DNA of 64,000 nucleotides, from the NCBI GenBank assembly GCA_963838115.1, contig CAWIPU010000006.1:477023-541022 (forward strand), in the 5' to 3' direction. The stretch comes from an uncultured Chloroflexia bacterium. GTDB lineage: Bacteria > Chloroflexota > Limnocylindria > Limnocylindrales > CSP1-4. How positions within the stretch are numbered: the first letter of the stretch is position 1; every line of letters begins with the position of its first letter. The translations under genes were made by a program, and so were the position numbers. Positions 1-15,505 of this stretch are shown here, piece after piece. The notes under the pieces were generated by a model, which searched no databases, was not told the origin of the DNA, and was given only the letters and a program-made list of their open reading frames with translations.

Positions 1-425
1 ACGGCTGCCACGCCACCGAAGTTCCGAGCCGCCGCGCCAAGCAGGGACAGGCCCGCGACATCGATCATCTCGACCGCCTCGTCGATGGCAACCACCCGAC
101 CCTCGACCTGCGGCGCGAACGGCCGGAGGCAGACGACCACGATGTCGATGGCGCCGATGGCGTGCTGAGCGAGACTGGCGGTGTCGGCCGGGTCGTGACG
201 GCGCGCCAGGATACCGGCGTAGATCTCCGGGTGGTAGGTCTTGACTTGCCCGCCGATGAGCCCGGGCATGTCGGTCAGCTCGGAGATGGCGCCGACCTCG
301 ATGCCTTCGTCGGACAAGGCCGCACGCGTGCCATCGGTGGCATAGACCTCGACCGCCTGGTCACGCAGCTCACGCGCCAGATCACAGATCCCGGCACGGT
401 CCGCGACCGAGAGCAGGGCTCGCAC
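1..425 (-). CDS. purH: Bifunctional AICAR transformylase/IMP cyclohydrolase PurH, N-terminal fragment; the gene runs off the window start
   Basis: Minus-strand translation from a GTG at 423-425 reads MRALLSVADRAGICDLARELRDQAVEVYATDGTRAAL...GGQVKTYHPEIYAGILARR, the MGS-like N-terminus of PurH. GGAGGAAAG lies upstream. Confidence 0.75.
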   Translation of the reverse strand, partial: MRALLSVADRAGICDLARELRDQAVEVYATDGTRAALSDEGIEVGAISELTDMPGLIGGQVKTYHPEIYAGILARRHDPADTASLAQHAIGAIDIVVVCLRPFAPQVEGRVVAIDEAVEMIDVAGLSLLGAAARNFGGVAA

Positions 426-622
426 TCGGTACTTTCCTCCCTAGCCTCGCGCGAGCTCAAAGCGGCGCGCGGGAGCCCGAGTATATCGGCGCCGCGCTCA
501 ACGCCCCGACGCGGCCCCCAACGACTCAGCGTGACGCTCCGCGGCTCCGCTTCGCGCTCGGCGACCGGCTCGTCGCTCGACGACGATGCGAGGCCGCTGC
601 TGACTTTGCTACTCTCGGGCCT

Positions 623-1084
623 GTGAACCAAGACTTCCTCGGCTCGTTGTTCCTCCGCGGTGGCTTCAGCCCCAACAACTTCCCCGATCTGTTCTACCCC
701 GTCTCGGCGGCGGCGCTTGTCTTCCTGATCGCCACCATCGTGCTCTACAACGTGCAGACCCGGCGGCTCCACCGCCATCCGCCGTTAGTCGCACTGCAGG
801 AGTGGCTGTTCTGGACGGGGCTGGCGTTCTTCGGCTTGCTGTTGGTCTATGCCATCTTCAAGTTCTACTTCGTCTTCGTGCTGGCGACACTCGCGATCGG
901 CATCGGCACCATGATATGGATCCGCTTCTTCCGCTTCCCGCCGCTCATCTCCGCCTACAACCGGGTGCTGCGGCGCGAGCAATACCTCAGCCAGAAGCGC
1001 TACGCCACGCCGGAGGCGACGATTCGCGCCAAGGGCAGCAAGGCACGCCCCAAGACCAAGCCCAAGGCCAAGAAGAAGCGCTGA
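623..1084 (+). CDS. Hypothetical integral membrane protein with a lysine-rich C-terminal tail
   Basis: 153-aa ORF with 3-4 hydrophobic segments and the tail KGSKARPKTKPKAKKKR. GTG start. Confidence 0.5.
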   Translation: MNQDFLGSLFLRGGFSPNNFPDLFYPVSAAALVFLIATIVLYNVQTRRLHRHPPLVALQEWLFWTGLAFFGLLLVYAIFKFYFVFVLATLAIGIGTMIWIRFFRFPPLISAYNRVLRREQYLSQKRYATPEATIRAKGSKARPKTKPKAKKKR

Positions 1085-1113
1085 CCGCGCTGACCAGGGG
1101 CTGAGCCACGGTC

Positions 1114-1566
1114 GTGGAGATCCTGCGCTTCGGCCCCGGCTTCCGACGAGCACAGCCTCGGACCGCGAGCCGGGGGCTGGCCGACCAGACCATCTGGGCC
1201 GATCCCCGCGCCCGAGTCACCGAGTTGGCGTTCGCGCGAAGCGCGCTGCTGCCGCCGCAGACGAGCCCTGACCTGGGTCTCCTCATCGTCATCGCCGGTG
1301 GTGGCTGGGTGCAAGTGGGCGCGGAGCGGACCGCCATCAACCATGGCGAAGCGGTCGAGCTGCCGCCCGGCGTGACGCATGGGGCCTGGACCGAGGGTTC
1401 GACCATGCGGGTCATCCTCGTGGAGGTGCCGGACCACGCTATCGACGCTCCACACGCCCGACTGGTCGACGCGCAGGCGACCGATCACGAGGCGGCGAGG
1501 GGCCAGCTGGCCGATCGCGAGAACCGGCCCCAGGACCACGATCCAGCCGAAGGCGAACCCTGGTAG
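1114..1566 (+). CDS. Cupin domain protein
   Basis: VIAGGGWVQVG...AINHGEAVELPPGVTHGAW is cupin_2-like. GTG start. Confidence 0.5.
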   Translation: MEILRFGPGFRRAQPRTASRGLADQTIWADPRARVTELAFARSALLPPQTSPDLGLLIVIAGGGWVQVGAERTAINHGEAVELPPGVTHGAWTEGSTMRVILVEVPDHAIDAPHARLVDAQATDHEAARGQLADRENRPQDHDPAEGEPW

Positions 1567-1721
1567 GTGGGGCTCACCCACCGCGGAGGGCATAGATAGG
1601 GGTCCCCGAGAAGTCGACCTCGCGCAACCAACACTGAGGACTCGGTTGCCGCGCGCTTACCGGTCGCGGGCGCACTGGGATCGGTGCCGCGGACCTGCCG
1701 AGGTCGAGGAATGGTGCGCTA

Positions 1722-2366
1722 CTATCCGGCGAGCACGGCTCCCAGCTGACCGAGGGCGCGGGCGGTGGCGCCCCAGACTCGGTAGCCGGCCACGGGGTAG
1801 GCGCCGTAGCGCAGGTGCCATTCGCCTCGATCCTCTTCGACCACCTCGACTGGCGCGTCCGGCAGGAAGTGCCGCACCGGGACCGTCAGGATGGACGCCA
1901 CCTCCCGCGCATCGGGAACGAGCTTGGGCGCGCGCTCGGCGACCGCCAGCACGGGTACCAGCATGAAGCCCGAGACGCGTACATCTACCGTCTCCAGCAC
2001 ACCCATCGTGGTCACGCCGGCGGCCGCGACATGGAGGCCGACCTCCTCGAACGCCTCGCGCAGCGCGGTACCCTCAGGAAAGCTGTCATCGGCTTCGCGG
2101 GCGCCACCCGGGAGCGCGACTTGGCCGGCGTGGACGTGGTCGCCTCCGGGGCGCACGATGAGTACGATGTGGGCCTCACCGGTCGCGTCCGGGTACAGCA
2201 GCACGAGGGCAGCCGCATCGCGAGTGGGCCCATCCGTGTCCCGGCGCGCTCCCCGTGGCAGGCGACCGGCCCGCAGGACGTGGGCCTCGATCTCCGGTCG
2301 CGGCGGCGGCAGCGTGGGCGGCAAGTGGGTCAGCCGATCACGGGCCAGCTCGAAGCGCATCGGCAA
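1722..2366 (-). CDS. NUDIX hydrolase (CoA pyrophosphatase-like)
   Basis: Nudix box GGAREADDSFPEGTALREAFEEVGL. Confidence 0.7.
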   Translation of the reverse strand: MPMRFELARDRLTHLPPTLPPPRPEIEAHVLRAGRLPRGARRDTDGPTRDAAALVLLYPDATGEAHIVLIVRPGGDHVHAGQVALPGGAREADDSFPEGTALREAFEEVGLHVAAAGVTTMGVLETVDVRVSGFMLVPVLAVAERAPKLVPDAREVASILTVPVRHFLPDAPVEVVEEDRGEWHLRYGAYPVAGYRVWGATARALGQLGAVLAG

Positions 2367-2369
2367 AAC

Positions 2370-3455
2370 CTACGGTGTATCGGCGAGGCCGGGGAGTGCC
2401 GGCACGGTCCCATCTGTGGCCGGGCGTGCCCAGGCGAGGACGCGGAAGGCACCCAGGTGGCGCGGGTCCAGCAGCCGGGCCACGGCGCTGCGCGCGTCCA
2501 GGTAGGTCTGCGGCTCGGTCCCGGCATGCCGGCCCAGGTCGGCCAGCAGCCCGCCGAGACCGAGTCGGCCGAGGAACTCAGCCTGCGTCGTCGAACCGAC
2601 GAGCGCCAGACCGGACGCGGTCGCGGCATGCTCCAGGGCGCTGATGTCGACATGTGCCGTGATGTCGGTGTGACCGACCGCGCGCAAGGGATCGTCGGAG
2701 ACTTGGTGCTCGCGGTAGGTCAGCAGCGAGCCAGCCATGCGGCGCGGCCCGTAGAGCTCTGCGGCGTCGTGACCATAGTCGATCACCAGGATGACCGCGC
2801 CTGGAGCGAGTGAAGCGGTGACATCGGCTATCCAGCGCGGGGCGGCCAGGCAGACCTCAGCCCGCTGGCCCTCACGCAGCTCGACTCCAGCGGCTGCGAG
2901 GTGCGCGGCCAGCTCTGGCGTCGACGGCCCGGCGACGACCTCTTCGAACCAGCCATCGACCCAGCCCACGTAGGCCTCCCGCAGCCCTCCGTCGCGCAGG
3001 ATCACCCGATGCACCGGCAGCGCGTCGAGGTACTCATTGGCGATGACTAGGTCGGCCGGGCCGCTGGGGGCATCGGTCCGGCCGGGCAGGTCGGCCCGCG
3101 TCCATTCGACCTCGAAGTCGAGATCGGCCTGCGCGGTATCTCGCAGCGTGCCACGTCCGGCGCCGAACTCGCGCACGCGGAAGATGAGGGGCTCACCGGC
3201 CGCCTCTCGCGCTGCCGTCACGAACCGCCCGATGCAACGGCCGAAGAACGGATGCAGCTCAGGCGCGCTGAGAAAGTCACCGCTGCGTGTCGGCCGCAGC
3301 TCGCTCGTCGAGTAGTAGCCCAGGCCGGGTTCGGTCAGTGCCAGCTGCATGAAGCGAGCGAACGTGGTGCGCCGCTCGGGCGCAGCCTCGATCTCGTGGC
3401 GGATGGCCTCGACCAAGCGGGGCTCACTGCCGGCCCAGCGAGGGTCGCCGGCCAT
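2370..3455 (-). CDS. Class I SAM-dependent methyltransferase, MidA/DUF185 family
   Basis: LGYYSTSELRPTRSGDFLSAPELHPFFGRCIG...EFGAGRGTL matches the DUF185/MidA pattern. Confidence 0.65.
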   Translation of the reverse strand: MAGDPRWAGSEPRLVEAIRHEIEAAPERRTTFARFMQLALTEPGLGYYSTSELRPTRSGDFLSAPELHPFFGRCIGRFVTAAREAAGEPLIFRVREFGAGRGTLRDTAQADLDFEVEWTRADLPGRTDAPSGPADLVIANEYLDALPVHRVILRDGGLREAYVGWVDGWFEEVVAGPSTPELAAHLAAAGVELREGQRAEVCLAAPRWIADVTASLAPGAVILVIDYGHDAAELYGPRRMAGSLLTYREHQVSDDPLRAVGHTDITAHVDISALEHAATASGLALVGSTTQAEFLGRLGLGGLLADLGRHAGTEPQTYLDARSAVARLLDPRHLGAFRVLAWARPATDGTVPALPGLADTP

Positions 3456-3456
3456 A

Positions 3457-6189
<2,733 letters not shown>

Positions 6190-6257
6190 GGCGGGGAGCG
6201 TCCTTGTCTTCTTCAGCGTGTCGTCTGATCTGATCTTGATCTGGTCGTGGGTCGTGG

Positions 6258-7334
6258 CTAGAGGGGTGCCGCGGGTTCAGCGCGCGGATCGGATTGCTCG
6301 ATGTGGTCGATGAAGGCCTGGGCCTTGGCGCGCCCGTCCTCGTCGAGGAAGGTCGGCAGCACCACCTTGGTGCGCACGCGTAGGTCGCCCCGGCCGTCAG
6401 CTCCGAACCGGGGCAGACCCTGCCCGGTGAGCCGAAAGACGCGCCCGTTTTGGGTGCCGGCCGGGATGGTCAACGCCAGGCGCTTGCCGCCGAGCGTGCT
6501 GATGTGCACTTGCGCGCCCAGCAGCGCCTCGCCCAGAGTCAGCGACAGGTCCATGGTCAGGTCGGCGCCATCGCGAGTGAACACCGGGTGTCTGGTGACT
6601 CGCACGGTGATGTAGACGTTGCCGCCACCCTCGGCCTTGCCGGTGAGGCGGATCTTCTGGCCGTCGCGCACACCCGGCGGGATCTTGACCTGGAGCGTCT
6701 TGCTGCCGATCTGCAGGTGACGCTCACTGCCACGCATGACCTCCTCGAGGCTGATGGTGGCGTCGGCGGCGGCATCCGCCGGAGGTGGAGGGGTCGGCCG
6801 GCGACCACGCGGAGAGCCCGTTCCGAAGCCCGACGAGGCATAGCCGGCGCCCGTGTCGCCGCCGAGCCCTCCAAAGAGCGGGTCGATGTCGACATGCGGA
6901 CCAGCAGCCCTCTGTCCCGCACCACTGCGGGCGCCTTCCCCGCCACCAGTGAAGAAGGTGCGGAAGAAGTCGCTGAAGCCGGAGAGATCCTCCGCGTTGC
7001 CGCGGTATTCGAAGCGCACGCCGCCAGGGAAGCCGCTGGCACCACCACTGGCGCCTCCACCACTGAAACCGGCGAAGGGGTTGCCCTCCGCGGCCCCGGC
7101 CTGCTGGTAGGCCTTCCAGTTGGCCCCCAGCTGGTCGTATGCCTTTCGCTTCTTGGGGTCGGACAGGACCTCGTTGGCCTCGCTGATCTCCTTGAAGCGC
7201 TTCTCGGCTGCGGCGTTACCCTTGTTGACGTCGGGATGGTTCTCGCGGGCAAGGCGACGAAAGGCCTTCTTGATGTCGGCCTTGCTGGCGCCCTTCTCTA
7301 CACCGAGGGTGGCGTAGTAATCGCGATACTCCAT
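6258..7334 (-). CDS. DnaJ-family co-chaperone without a zinc-finger domain (CbpA-like)
   Basis: J domain [32 protein letters not shown] followed by a G/F-rich region. No CxxCxGxG repeats. C-terminal substrate-binding domains. Confidence 0.85.
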   Translation of the reverse strand: MEYRDYYATLGVEKGASKADIKKAFRRLARENHPDVNKGNAAAEKRFKEISEANEVLSDPKKRKAYDQLGANWKAYQQAGAAEGNPFAGFSGGGASGGASGFPGGVRFEYRGNAEDLSGFSDFFRTFFTGGGEGARSGAGQRAAGPHVDIDPLFGGLGGDTGAGYASSGFGTGSPRGRRPTPPPPADAAADATISLEEVMRGSERHLQIGSKTLQVKIPPGVRDGQKIRLTGKAEGGGNVYITVRVTRHPVFTRDGADLTMDLSLTLGEALLGAQVHISTLGGKRLALTIPAGTQNGRVFRLTGQGLPRFGADGRGDLRVRTKVVLPTFLDEDGRAKAQAFIDHIEQSDPRAEPAAPL

Positions 7335-7344
7335 CCGTATGTCC

Positions 7345-9854
<2,510 letters not shown>

Positions 9855-9855
<1 letters not shown>

Positions 9856-10349
9856 CAGATCTCCTTGGCGGATCGGTCGCGGATCGAGGGGAGTGGGTGT
9901 GTATCGCTTGCTGTGGGTTGGGGCGTCTTGTCTGGCTTGGGACGGGGTGTGCTGGGCTCCTCGCCATCTTCTCGGTCGGCGGCTTCGCGCTCGCTGTAGA
10001 GCTGCTCCAGGATCCGCATCCCGAGTCGCGCCTCGAGCTCGAAGAGGATACGGACCCCGGCCAGGTTCACGCCCAGTTTCTGTGTCAGATGACGGATCCA
10101 GAGGATGCGCCGTAGGTCGTTCTCCGAGTAGAGGCGGATGTTGGTGGGGGTGCGGGCTGGACAAACCAGCCCTTCACCCTCATAGATACGGAGCGTTCGG
10201 GGGTGCACACTGACCAGCTCGGCGGCTACGCTGATGATGTAGACCGGCCGACTGGCTTCTGGCGCACTCCGTCCCCGTCGCGCTTCCGCTCTCTCCGCCA
10301 CAGTGTCAGGCCTGCTTGTCCGACTCGGACGTCGTCCCATGCGCCTCAC
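9855..10349 (-). CDS. hspR: MerR-family heat-shock repressor HspR
   Basis: The MerR HTH (YIISVAAELVSVHPRTLRIYEGEGLVCPARTPTNIRLYSENDLRRILWIRHLT) is typical of HspR. The stop overlaps the lon start (ATGA). The exact start is uncertain. Confidence 0.8.
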
Positions 10350-10824
10350 CCTGTGAGGTGGCCGCTACGGCAGCGCGCCCGTCGCTGACCGCCGAGACCG
10401 GGATCTGGCGGGGCTTGGCGGCCTCGGCACGCGGGATGCTGAGGCGGAGCATGCCGTTTTCGAACGTCGCGCTGGCGTTCTCCGTATCAAGCCCGTTGGG
10501 CAGCGTCAGCGTTCGGCTGCCACTGCTACGCCGCAACTCACGATAGACGCGCTCACCTTCCTGGGTCTCGCGCTCGGCTTGCTCCTTGACGCCGATGGTC
10601 AGCGTGTCCTGGTGGACCGTGATCTCGACATCCTCGGGACGGATGCCCGGGAGGGCCGCCTCGACCGTGATGGAATCCTCATTGGAAGTGATATCCAGCG
10701 GTAGGCGAGTCTCTGACCCGCCCCAAGCCAAGGGCCGGAAGGTGGTGTCGTCGAACAGTCGGTCGACCGCATCGCGGAACGACATCAAGTCGGAGCGCGG
10801 TGAAGTCCTGCGGATGATGGTCAT
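10306..10824 (-). CDS. Hsp20/alpha-crystallin family small heat shock protein
   Basis: Alpha-crystallin domain (DITSNEDSITVEAALPGIRPEDVEITV...RLSIP). GGAGG RBS precedes the ATG at 10822-10824. Confidence 0.85.
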   Translation of the reverse strand: MTIIRRTSPRSDLMSFRDAVDRLFDDTTFRPLAWGGSETRLPLDITSNEDSITVEAALPGIRPEDVEITVHQDTLTIGVKEQAERETQEGERVYRELRRSSGSRTLTLPNGLDTENASATFENGMLRLSIPRAEAAKPRQIPVSAVSDGRAAVAATSQGEAHGTTSESDKQA

Positions 10825-10931
10825 CTTCTGGTTCCTCCGTGTGTTGTCAGGGCTCGTTCGGGGCACTTGGCCAGGCCCCTATTCGGACACTGACCCTGTA
10901 CTCGTCAGATGTTAGAACCATATCAATACCA

Positions 10932-10973
10932 TTGTCAAGAGTCTTGGCTGTTCGGTGGCAGCCTACTTGACAA
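10932..10973. promoter_or_regulatory. Inverted repeat TTGTCAAG ... CTTGACAA, with an internal palindrome CAAGAGTCTTG, in the AT-richer hsp20 promoter region. Candidate HspR (HAIR-like) operator overlapping a TTGACA -35-like element
   Basis: Read directly from the sequence. It is not a perfect match to the CTTGAGT-N7-ACTCAAG HAIR consensus. Confidence 0.35.
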
Positions 10974-11321
10974 AGATTTCGTTACAAAGCCTGCCAGTAT
11001 CGGGCAGGGGCCCGCGAGTTTGCCACGTCTGCAGCGACGGCACAAGCGGGGCGACCGGGCGTAGGGGGCGACCGGCGGATCATTCGCCCGCCCGAGTCAC
11101 GCCCTGCCCGCCCCGCGGGTGAGTCGGCAGGTCAGACCGCACCGGCGCAACGAGCCACGGCCATCTGACCCACGACATGGGTCAAACGACAGACGAACCC
11201 GCCCAGGCTCCACACCGCTCCCTCCGATGACCCAAGGACGCATGAGGGCGGTGCACCTGGCGCATCAATCCTCGGGGCAGGCGGACGATCGACCTCGGCC
11301 GTGGCGTGTGCGAGGACCGGA

Positions 11322-12002
11322 CTAGGCGGAAGCGATCTCCGGGATGTCGCCGATGAGTTGCATGCGGAGGTCGTTCTCGCATTCGGTACGCGAGACGGCG
11401 ATGACCTTGTCGCCCTCCTGGAAGATCGTGTCGGGACGCACCGACTGCGCGCGGTCGTCGCGGATGACGACGAACAGGGTGCAGCCCTCCGGCAGGTCGA
11501 TGTCCGCGGGTCCACGACCAAGGGCAGGGGAGTCCTCGGCGATCTGCGCCTCCAGCAACTCCAGCTCGCCGCCTTCGAGGTTGGCCAGGTGGAGCAGCTC
11601 GTGCACCGGGATGTCCTGCTCGATGGCAGCCAGCACCATGCGCGTGGGGCTGATGATCTCGTCCACTCCGAGGTTGCGGAACAGTTCCTCGTTGTGTGGG
11701 TTGTTCACGCGTGCGATCGTCCGCGGCACATCGAAGTGATGCTTGGCCATCTGGCACACCACGAGATTGTCGGCGTCGTCGCCGGTGACAGCCGCCACGA
11801 TCGCGGCGCGGTTGGCGCCGGCCTCGGAAAGGTGCGTGCCCTCTGAGCCGTCACGATTCACGACCACGGCGCCCAACTCGTCGCGGATGCGTTCGGCGCT
11901 GCGCAGATCCTTCTCCATGAGCACGATCTCGTGGCCTTCAGCAAGGAGCTCCTTGGTCAGGTAGAAGCCCACGCGGCCACCCCCGACGACGATCACGAAC
12001 AC
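11322..12002 (-). CDS. TrkA-family K+ transport regulatory protein (TrkA-N plus TrkA-C)
   Basis: Rossmann motif VIVVGGGRVGFYL plus a C-terminal TrkA-C domain. Confidence 0.8.
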   Translation of the reverse strand: MFVIVVGGGRVGFYLTKELLAEGHEIVLMEKDLRSAERIRDELGAVVVNRDGSEGTHLSEAGANRAAIVAAVTGDDADNLVVCQMAKHHFDVPRTIARVNNPHNEELFRNLGVDEIISPTRMVLAAIEQDIPVHELLHLANLEGGELELLEAQIAEDSPALGRGPADIDLPEGCTLFVVIRDDRAQSVRPDTIFQEGDKVIAVSRTECENDLRMQLIGDIPEIASA

Positions 12003-12004
12003 GG

Positions 12005-12601
12005 CTATCGGCCTCCAGTGCTGTCAGCGGGGGCGGGCGTCGGGCTGGACGTCGGCCCCCCGACGCTGTGAGACTCACCCGGAACGGCCCCGGCACTGGC
12101 ATCCGCCGCCGCGACCTCATCCGCCGCTGCGACCGGAACGTCCGCCGTTGCGGGTGCCGCGCGTATGACGGCAACGTTGACATCGCCGGCGCCCGGCACA
12201 GCCGGGTGGCCCATGTGGCGGCCGATGCTGTCGATCATCATCTCGGTGCGGTTGATGGTATCGAGGCCGAGCGTGGTGTACGCCCGGGAGCGCACCGGGT
12301 CGTTGATCTTGCACAGCACGTGCGGGATGGAGAACGCCTGGCGGGCCAACTGTGCCGCGAGGATGTTGCGGTTGTCTCCGTTGGTCAGGGCAAAGAACCA
12401 CTCGGCCTCGCCAGCACCAGCGCGCTCGAGCACGCTGGCATCGGTGCCATCGCCGCGTAGAGCCTGCCCGGAGAAGCCCGGTGCCAGCCGCCTGAAACTG
12501 TCGGTACTGATGTCGAGGATGACCACCTCGTGACCTGCATCAGCGAGTTGGCTGGCCAGGCCGGCACCGACTCGTCCGCTGCCGACGATGATTGCACGCA
12601 T
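12005..12601 (-). CDS. TrkA-family K+ transport regulatory protein, second paralog
   Basis: MRAIIVGSGRVGAGLASQLADAGHEVVILD. Start taken at the internal ATG (12599-12601). Confidence 0.75.
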   Translation of the reverse strand: MRAIIVGSGRVGAGLASQLADAGHEVVILDISTDSFRRLAPGFSGQALRGDGTDASVLERAGAGEAEWFFALTNGDNRNILAAQLARQAFSIPHVLCKINDPVRSRAYTTLGLDTINRTEMMIDSIGRHMGHPAVPGAGDVNVAVIRAAPATADVPVAAADEVAAADASAGAVPGESHSVGGPTSSPTPAPADSTGGR

Positions 12602-12605
12602 CGTT

Positions 12606-13103
12606 CTAGATCCTCTTGGTGGCCCGGTTGGCGGCTTGGTCACGCGCCTCGCTCCTCGCGACCGGTTCACGGACCACGAAGACTCGACAGGGCGCGTTCT
12701 TGAACACATAGGGGATGGTCTGGCCGAGGGCGAAGTCGCCACCGAAGCGGACCTTGTAGGGCAGACCCATGACGATGGCGTCGGCATCGAGCGCGACGGC
12801 CTCGTCGACCAGTGCGGCGCCTACGTCGCGGGCCTGGAGGAGTTGCGTCTCGAGTGGAACGTTCTGCGCCTCGGCCATGCCCTCCGCCAGGTCAAGTGCG
12901 CGTGACGCTTCCTCGCGCTGCTCCTCGAGGTCGTCATCGAGATCGTGCCGCCAGTCCACTTCAAGCACATAGATCGCCACCAACTCGGCCTCGTCGGCTC
13001 GAACGAGCTTGCAGCCGCATTCGATCACGAGCTCATCGGTGGGTCCGCCATCGAGGTGGAGGACGGCACGTTTCAAGGGCCTGTCAGGTGTCGTGTCGGG
13101 CAC
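12606..13103 (-). CDS. Universal stress protein (UspA family)
   Basis: Usp fold motifs: VLHLDGGPTDE...DADAIVMG...NAPCRVFVV. Confidence 0.7.
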   Translation of the reverse strand: MPDTTPDRPLKRAVLHLDGGPTDELVIECGCKLVRADEAELVAIYVLEVDWRHDLDDDLEEQREEASRALDLAEGMAEAQNVPLETQLLQARDVGAALVDEAVALDADAIVMGLPYKVRFGGDFALGQTIPYVFKNAPCRVFVVREPVARSEARDQAANRATKRI

Positions 13104-13196
13104 GGCTGAAGCCTACCACCGCGCCACGGTCACGGGCCGCACGACGGAGGAGGGCCGGGGATCGACCCTGGTACTGGCCGTCCGATCTGGTGGGCC

Positions 13197-15332
13197 CTAG
13201 CGCCTCCAGCCCGATCGGCGTGAGCGTACATCGGGCTGTTTCTGATGGCCGCCGTCTTCGACATGGCCATTGCCATCTGTCCCACGCTCAGCGCCAAAGG
13301 GCACGTCAGCCACGACCGTGTTGGGTCGGCCGATGAGTGCCTGGCGGATGCGGCCCGCCTTCTGGTTGTGCAGGAAGCGGTCCCACCAGTGTCGCGGCAC
13401 GTACTCCGGCAGCACCACGATGGTTATGGTGTTGGGCGGCGTCGGTGCCATCACGTCGAGGTAGTGCAGGAACGGCACCACCAGGGATCGATAGGGTGTC
13501 TCGACGATGACCAGCGGAACGCCCGGAAGCATGTGCTCCCAGTCGCGCCGTAGCGCCTCGGCCGCCTCGGGATCGATGGTCAGATGGACCGCGCGAACGT
13601 CATCTGACAGCGTGCGGCCGAACTGGACCGAGCGGATGACCGCGCGTGAAAGGTTCGGAACCGGAATGATCACGCGGCTGCCCTTGGTGGGTGGACCATA
13701 GACACGGCTGCGGTCGACTTCCAGCTCCTTCTCAGCCGTGTCGTATTCGTGGTGGATGAACCACATCACCCCGACCAGCACGGGGATGAGCAACAGCACG
13801 ATGAGTGAGGTCGGCGCCTTGACCACGGTCACGTCGATGGCGACCAGGCAGGTGATGACGGCACCGACGCTGTTGACCGCGAGGCGGCGACGGAAGCCCG
13901 GCGGTCGCTCACGCAGCCAATGCCGGATCATGCCCGTCTGGCTGATGGTGAAGTCGATGAACACGCCGACGGCATACAGCGGGATCAAGGCGTGCGCCGA
14001 GGCACCGAAGCCGACGACCAGGATGCTGGCAAGGACGCCCAGCACCAGGATCCCAGTGGTGAAGGCCAGGCGGTCGCCACGGTAGGCGAAGCGCCGCGGG
14101 AAGAAGTTGTCCGAGGCGAGGACAGCGGCCAAACGAGGAAAGGCGGCAAAGGACGTGTTGGCAGCCAGCATCAGGATGACCGCGGCGAAGGTCAGGAAGA
14201 GGTAGAAGCCTATGGAGTCGAGGCCGAAGACATGGCCGGCCACCTGCGACAGCACCGTGCTGGCCTCGTTGGGCACCACGGCGAAGCCGTTGGCGAGGAA
14301 GGTGATGCCGATGAACAGCGTGGCCAACAGCACAGCCATCACCGCCAGCGTCGTCGCGGCGTTCTTGGACTCTGGTGGGTCGAAGGAGGGCACGCCGGTG
14401 GCGATCGCCTCCGTGCCGGTCAGCGCCACCGCGCCAGAGGCGAAGGCGCGCATGGCCAGCAGGAGGATGGCCAGGCTGGCCATGTCGATGGAGGCGTCCT
14501 GCATGCTGGGATAGCTGGCACCTTCACCGCCGACGATGATCTGCCACCCGCCCAGCACGATCATGAGCAACGCCGTGCCCACGAACAGATAGGTGGGGAT
14601 GGCGAAGATGTTGCCGGCCTCGCGCACGCCGCGTAGATTGGCCAGGGTGATGACGGCCACCACCGTCACGGCGATGATGACCTGCCACGGACCCAGGCTG
14701 GGGAGGGCGGCAACGATCTGCTCCGAGGCCGACGATATCGACACCGCCACGGTGAGCACGTAGTCGATGAGAAGCGCAGAAGCCGCGACGAGCGAGGCTG
14801 TGCGGCCGATGTTGGCCTTCGAGACCGAGTAGGAGCCGCCACCGTTGGGATAGGCCACCACCACCTGCCGGTAGCTGATGGCGACCACACCGAGCAGCAA
14901 GGCGATGGTGATCGAAACGGGCAGGGCCAGGTTCAGTGCGGCGAGGCCGATACCGCCGAGCAGCAGTGCCCGCAGGATCTCCTCGGTGGCATAGGCGCTG
15001 GAGCTGATGGCGTCGGAGCTGAAGATGGCCAGGGCCTTCTTCTTGGAGAGACGCTCACCGATCTCCTCGGCTGAGGCCAGTGGCCGGCCGAACAGGGTGC
15101 GCCGGGCGCCGGCCATGAAACGGCGTCCCGCCTGGACTTCCTCGTGGGCCTTTGGTCGCGCCTGCAGCGCTCCCGATGGCGTGTACCGGAAGTACTCGCT
15201 ACGCGTCCGGTCGACCCGCACACGGCGGTTGCCAGGCTTCTGGCCCGAGAGGCCGCTGGCCTTGGCTGAGCGTGGCGCCTTGTCAGGATCGGATGGTGGG
15301 CGCTGGCCGCCCTCGTCGGTCGTCATGGGCAT
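13197..15332 (-). CDS. APC-superfamily permease with a C-terminal cytoplasmic domain (Rv2690c-like), probably a cation/amino-acid transporter working with the TrkA genes
   Basis: About 12 TM helices. Conserved N-terminal LSKKKALAIFSSDAISSSAYATEEIL. C-terminal soluble domain. The true start is probably internal. Confidence 0.7.
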   Translation of the reverse strand: MPMTTDEGGQRPPSDPDKAPRSAKASGLSGQKPGNRRVRVDRTRSEYFRYTPSGALQARPKAHEEVQAGRRFMAGARRTLFGRPLASAEEIGERLSKKKALAIFSSDAISSSAYATEEILRALLLGGIGLAALNLALPVSITIALLLGVVAISYRQVVVAYPNGGGSYSVSKANIGRTASLVAASALLIDYVLTVAVSISSASEQIVAALPSLGPWQVIIAVTVVAVITLANLRGVREAGNIFAIPTYLFVGTALLMIVLGGWQIIVGGEGASYPSMQDASIDMASLAILLLAMRAFASGAVALTGTEAIATGVPSFDPPESKNAATTLAVMAVLLATLFIGITFLANGFAVVPNEASTVLSQVAGHVFGLDSIGFYLFLTFAAVILMLAANTSFAAFPRLAAVLASDNFFPRRFAYRGDRLAFTTGILVLGVLASILVVGFGASAHALIPLYAVGVFIDFTISQTGMIRHWLRERPPGFRRRLAVNSVGAVITCLVAIDVTVVKAPTSLIVLLLIPVLVGVMWFIHHEYDTAEKELEVDRSRVYGPPTKGSRVIIPVPNLSRAVIRSVQFGRTLSDDVRAVHLTIDPEAAEALRRDWEHMLPGVPLVIVETPYRSLVVPFLHYLDVMAPTPPNTITIVVLPEYVPRHWWDRFLHNQKAGRIRQALIGRPNTVVADVPFGAERGTDGNGHVEDGGHQKQPDVRSRRSGWRR

Positions 15333-15505
15333 CGGAAGGCCACTGTCGCGGCCGAGTCGTACGCGCGTCGGACGTAGCCGCAGTGCGCGTTCACAAGTTC
15401 CTCGTGAGGATAGGCGCAGCGCTCAGGGACCGATGGGTCGAATGCGTTGGGCCAGCTTTCGGTGTGGCAAGTATGCCGCGGTCTGCGGGCGAGGGCACGA
15501 CGCGC

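Noticed and set aside
10867-11321. Canonical HAIR (CTTGAGT-N7-ACTCAAG) or CIRCE element upstream of hsp20
   Set aside because: I could find no exact match by eye. Only the imperfect palindromes reported as a finding are present.
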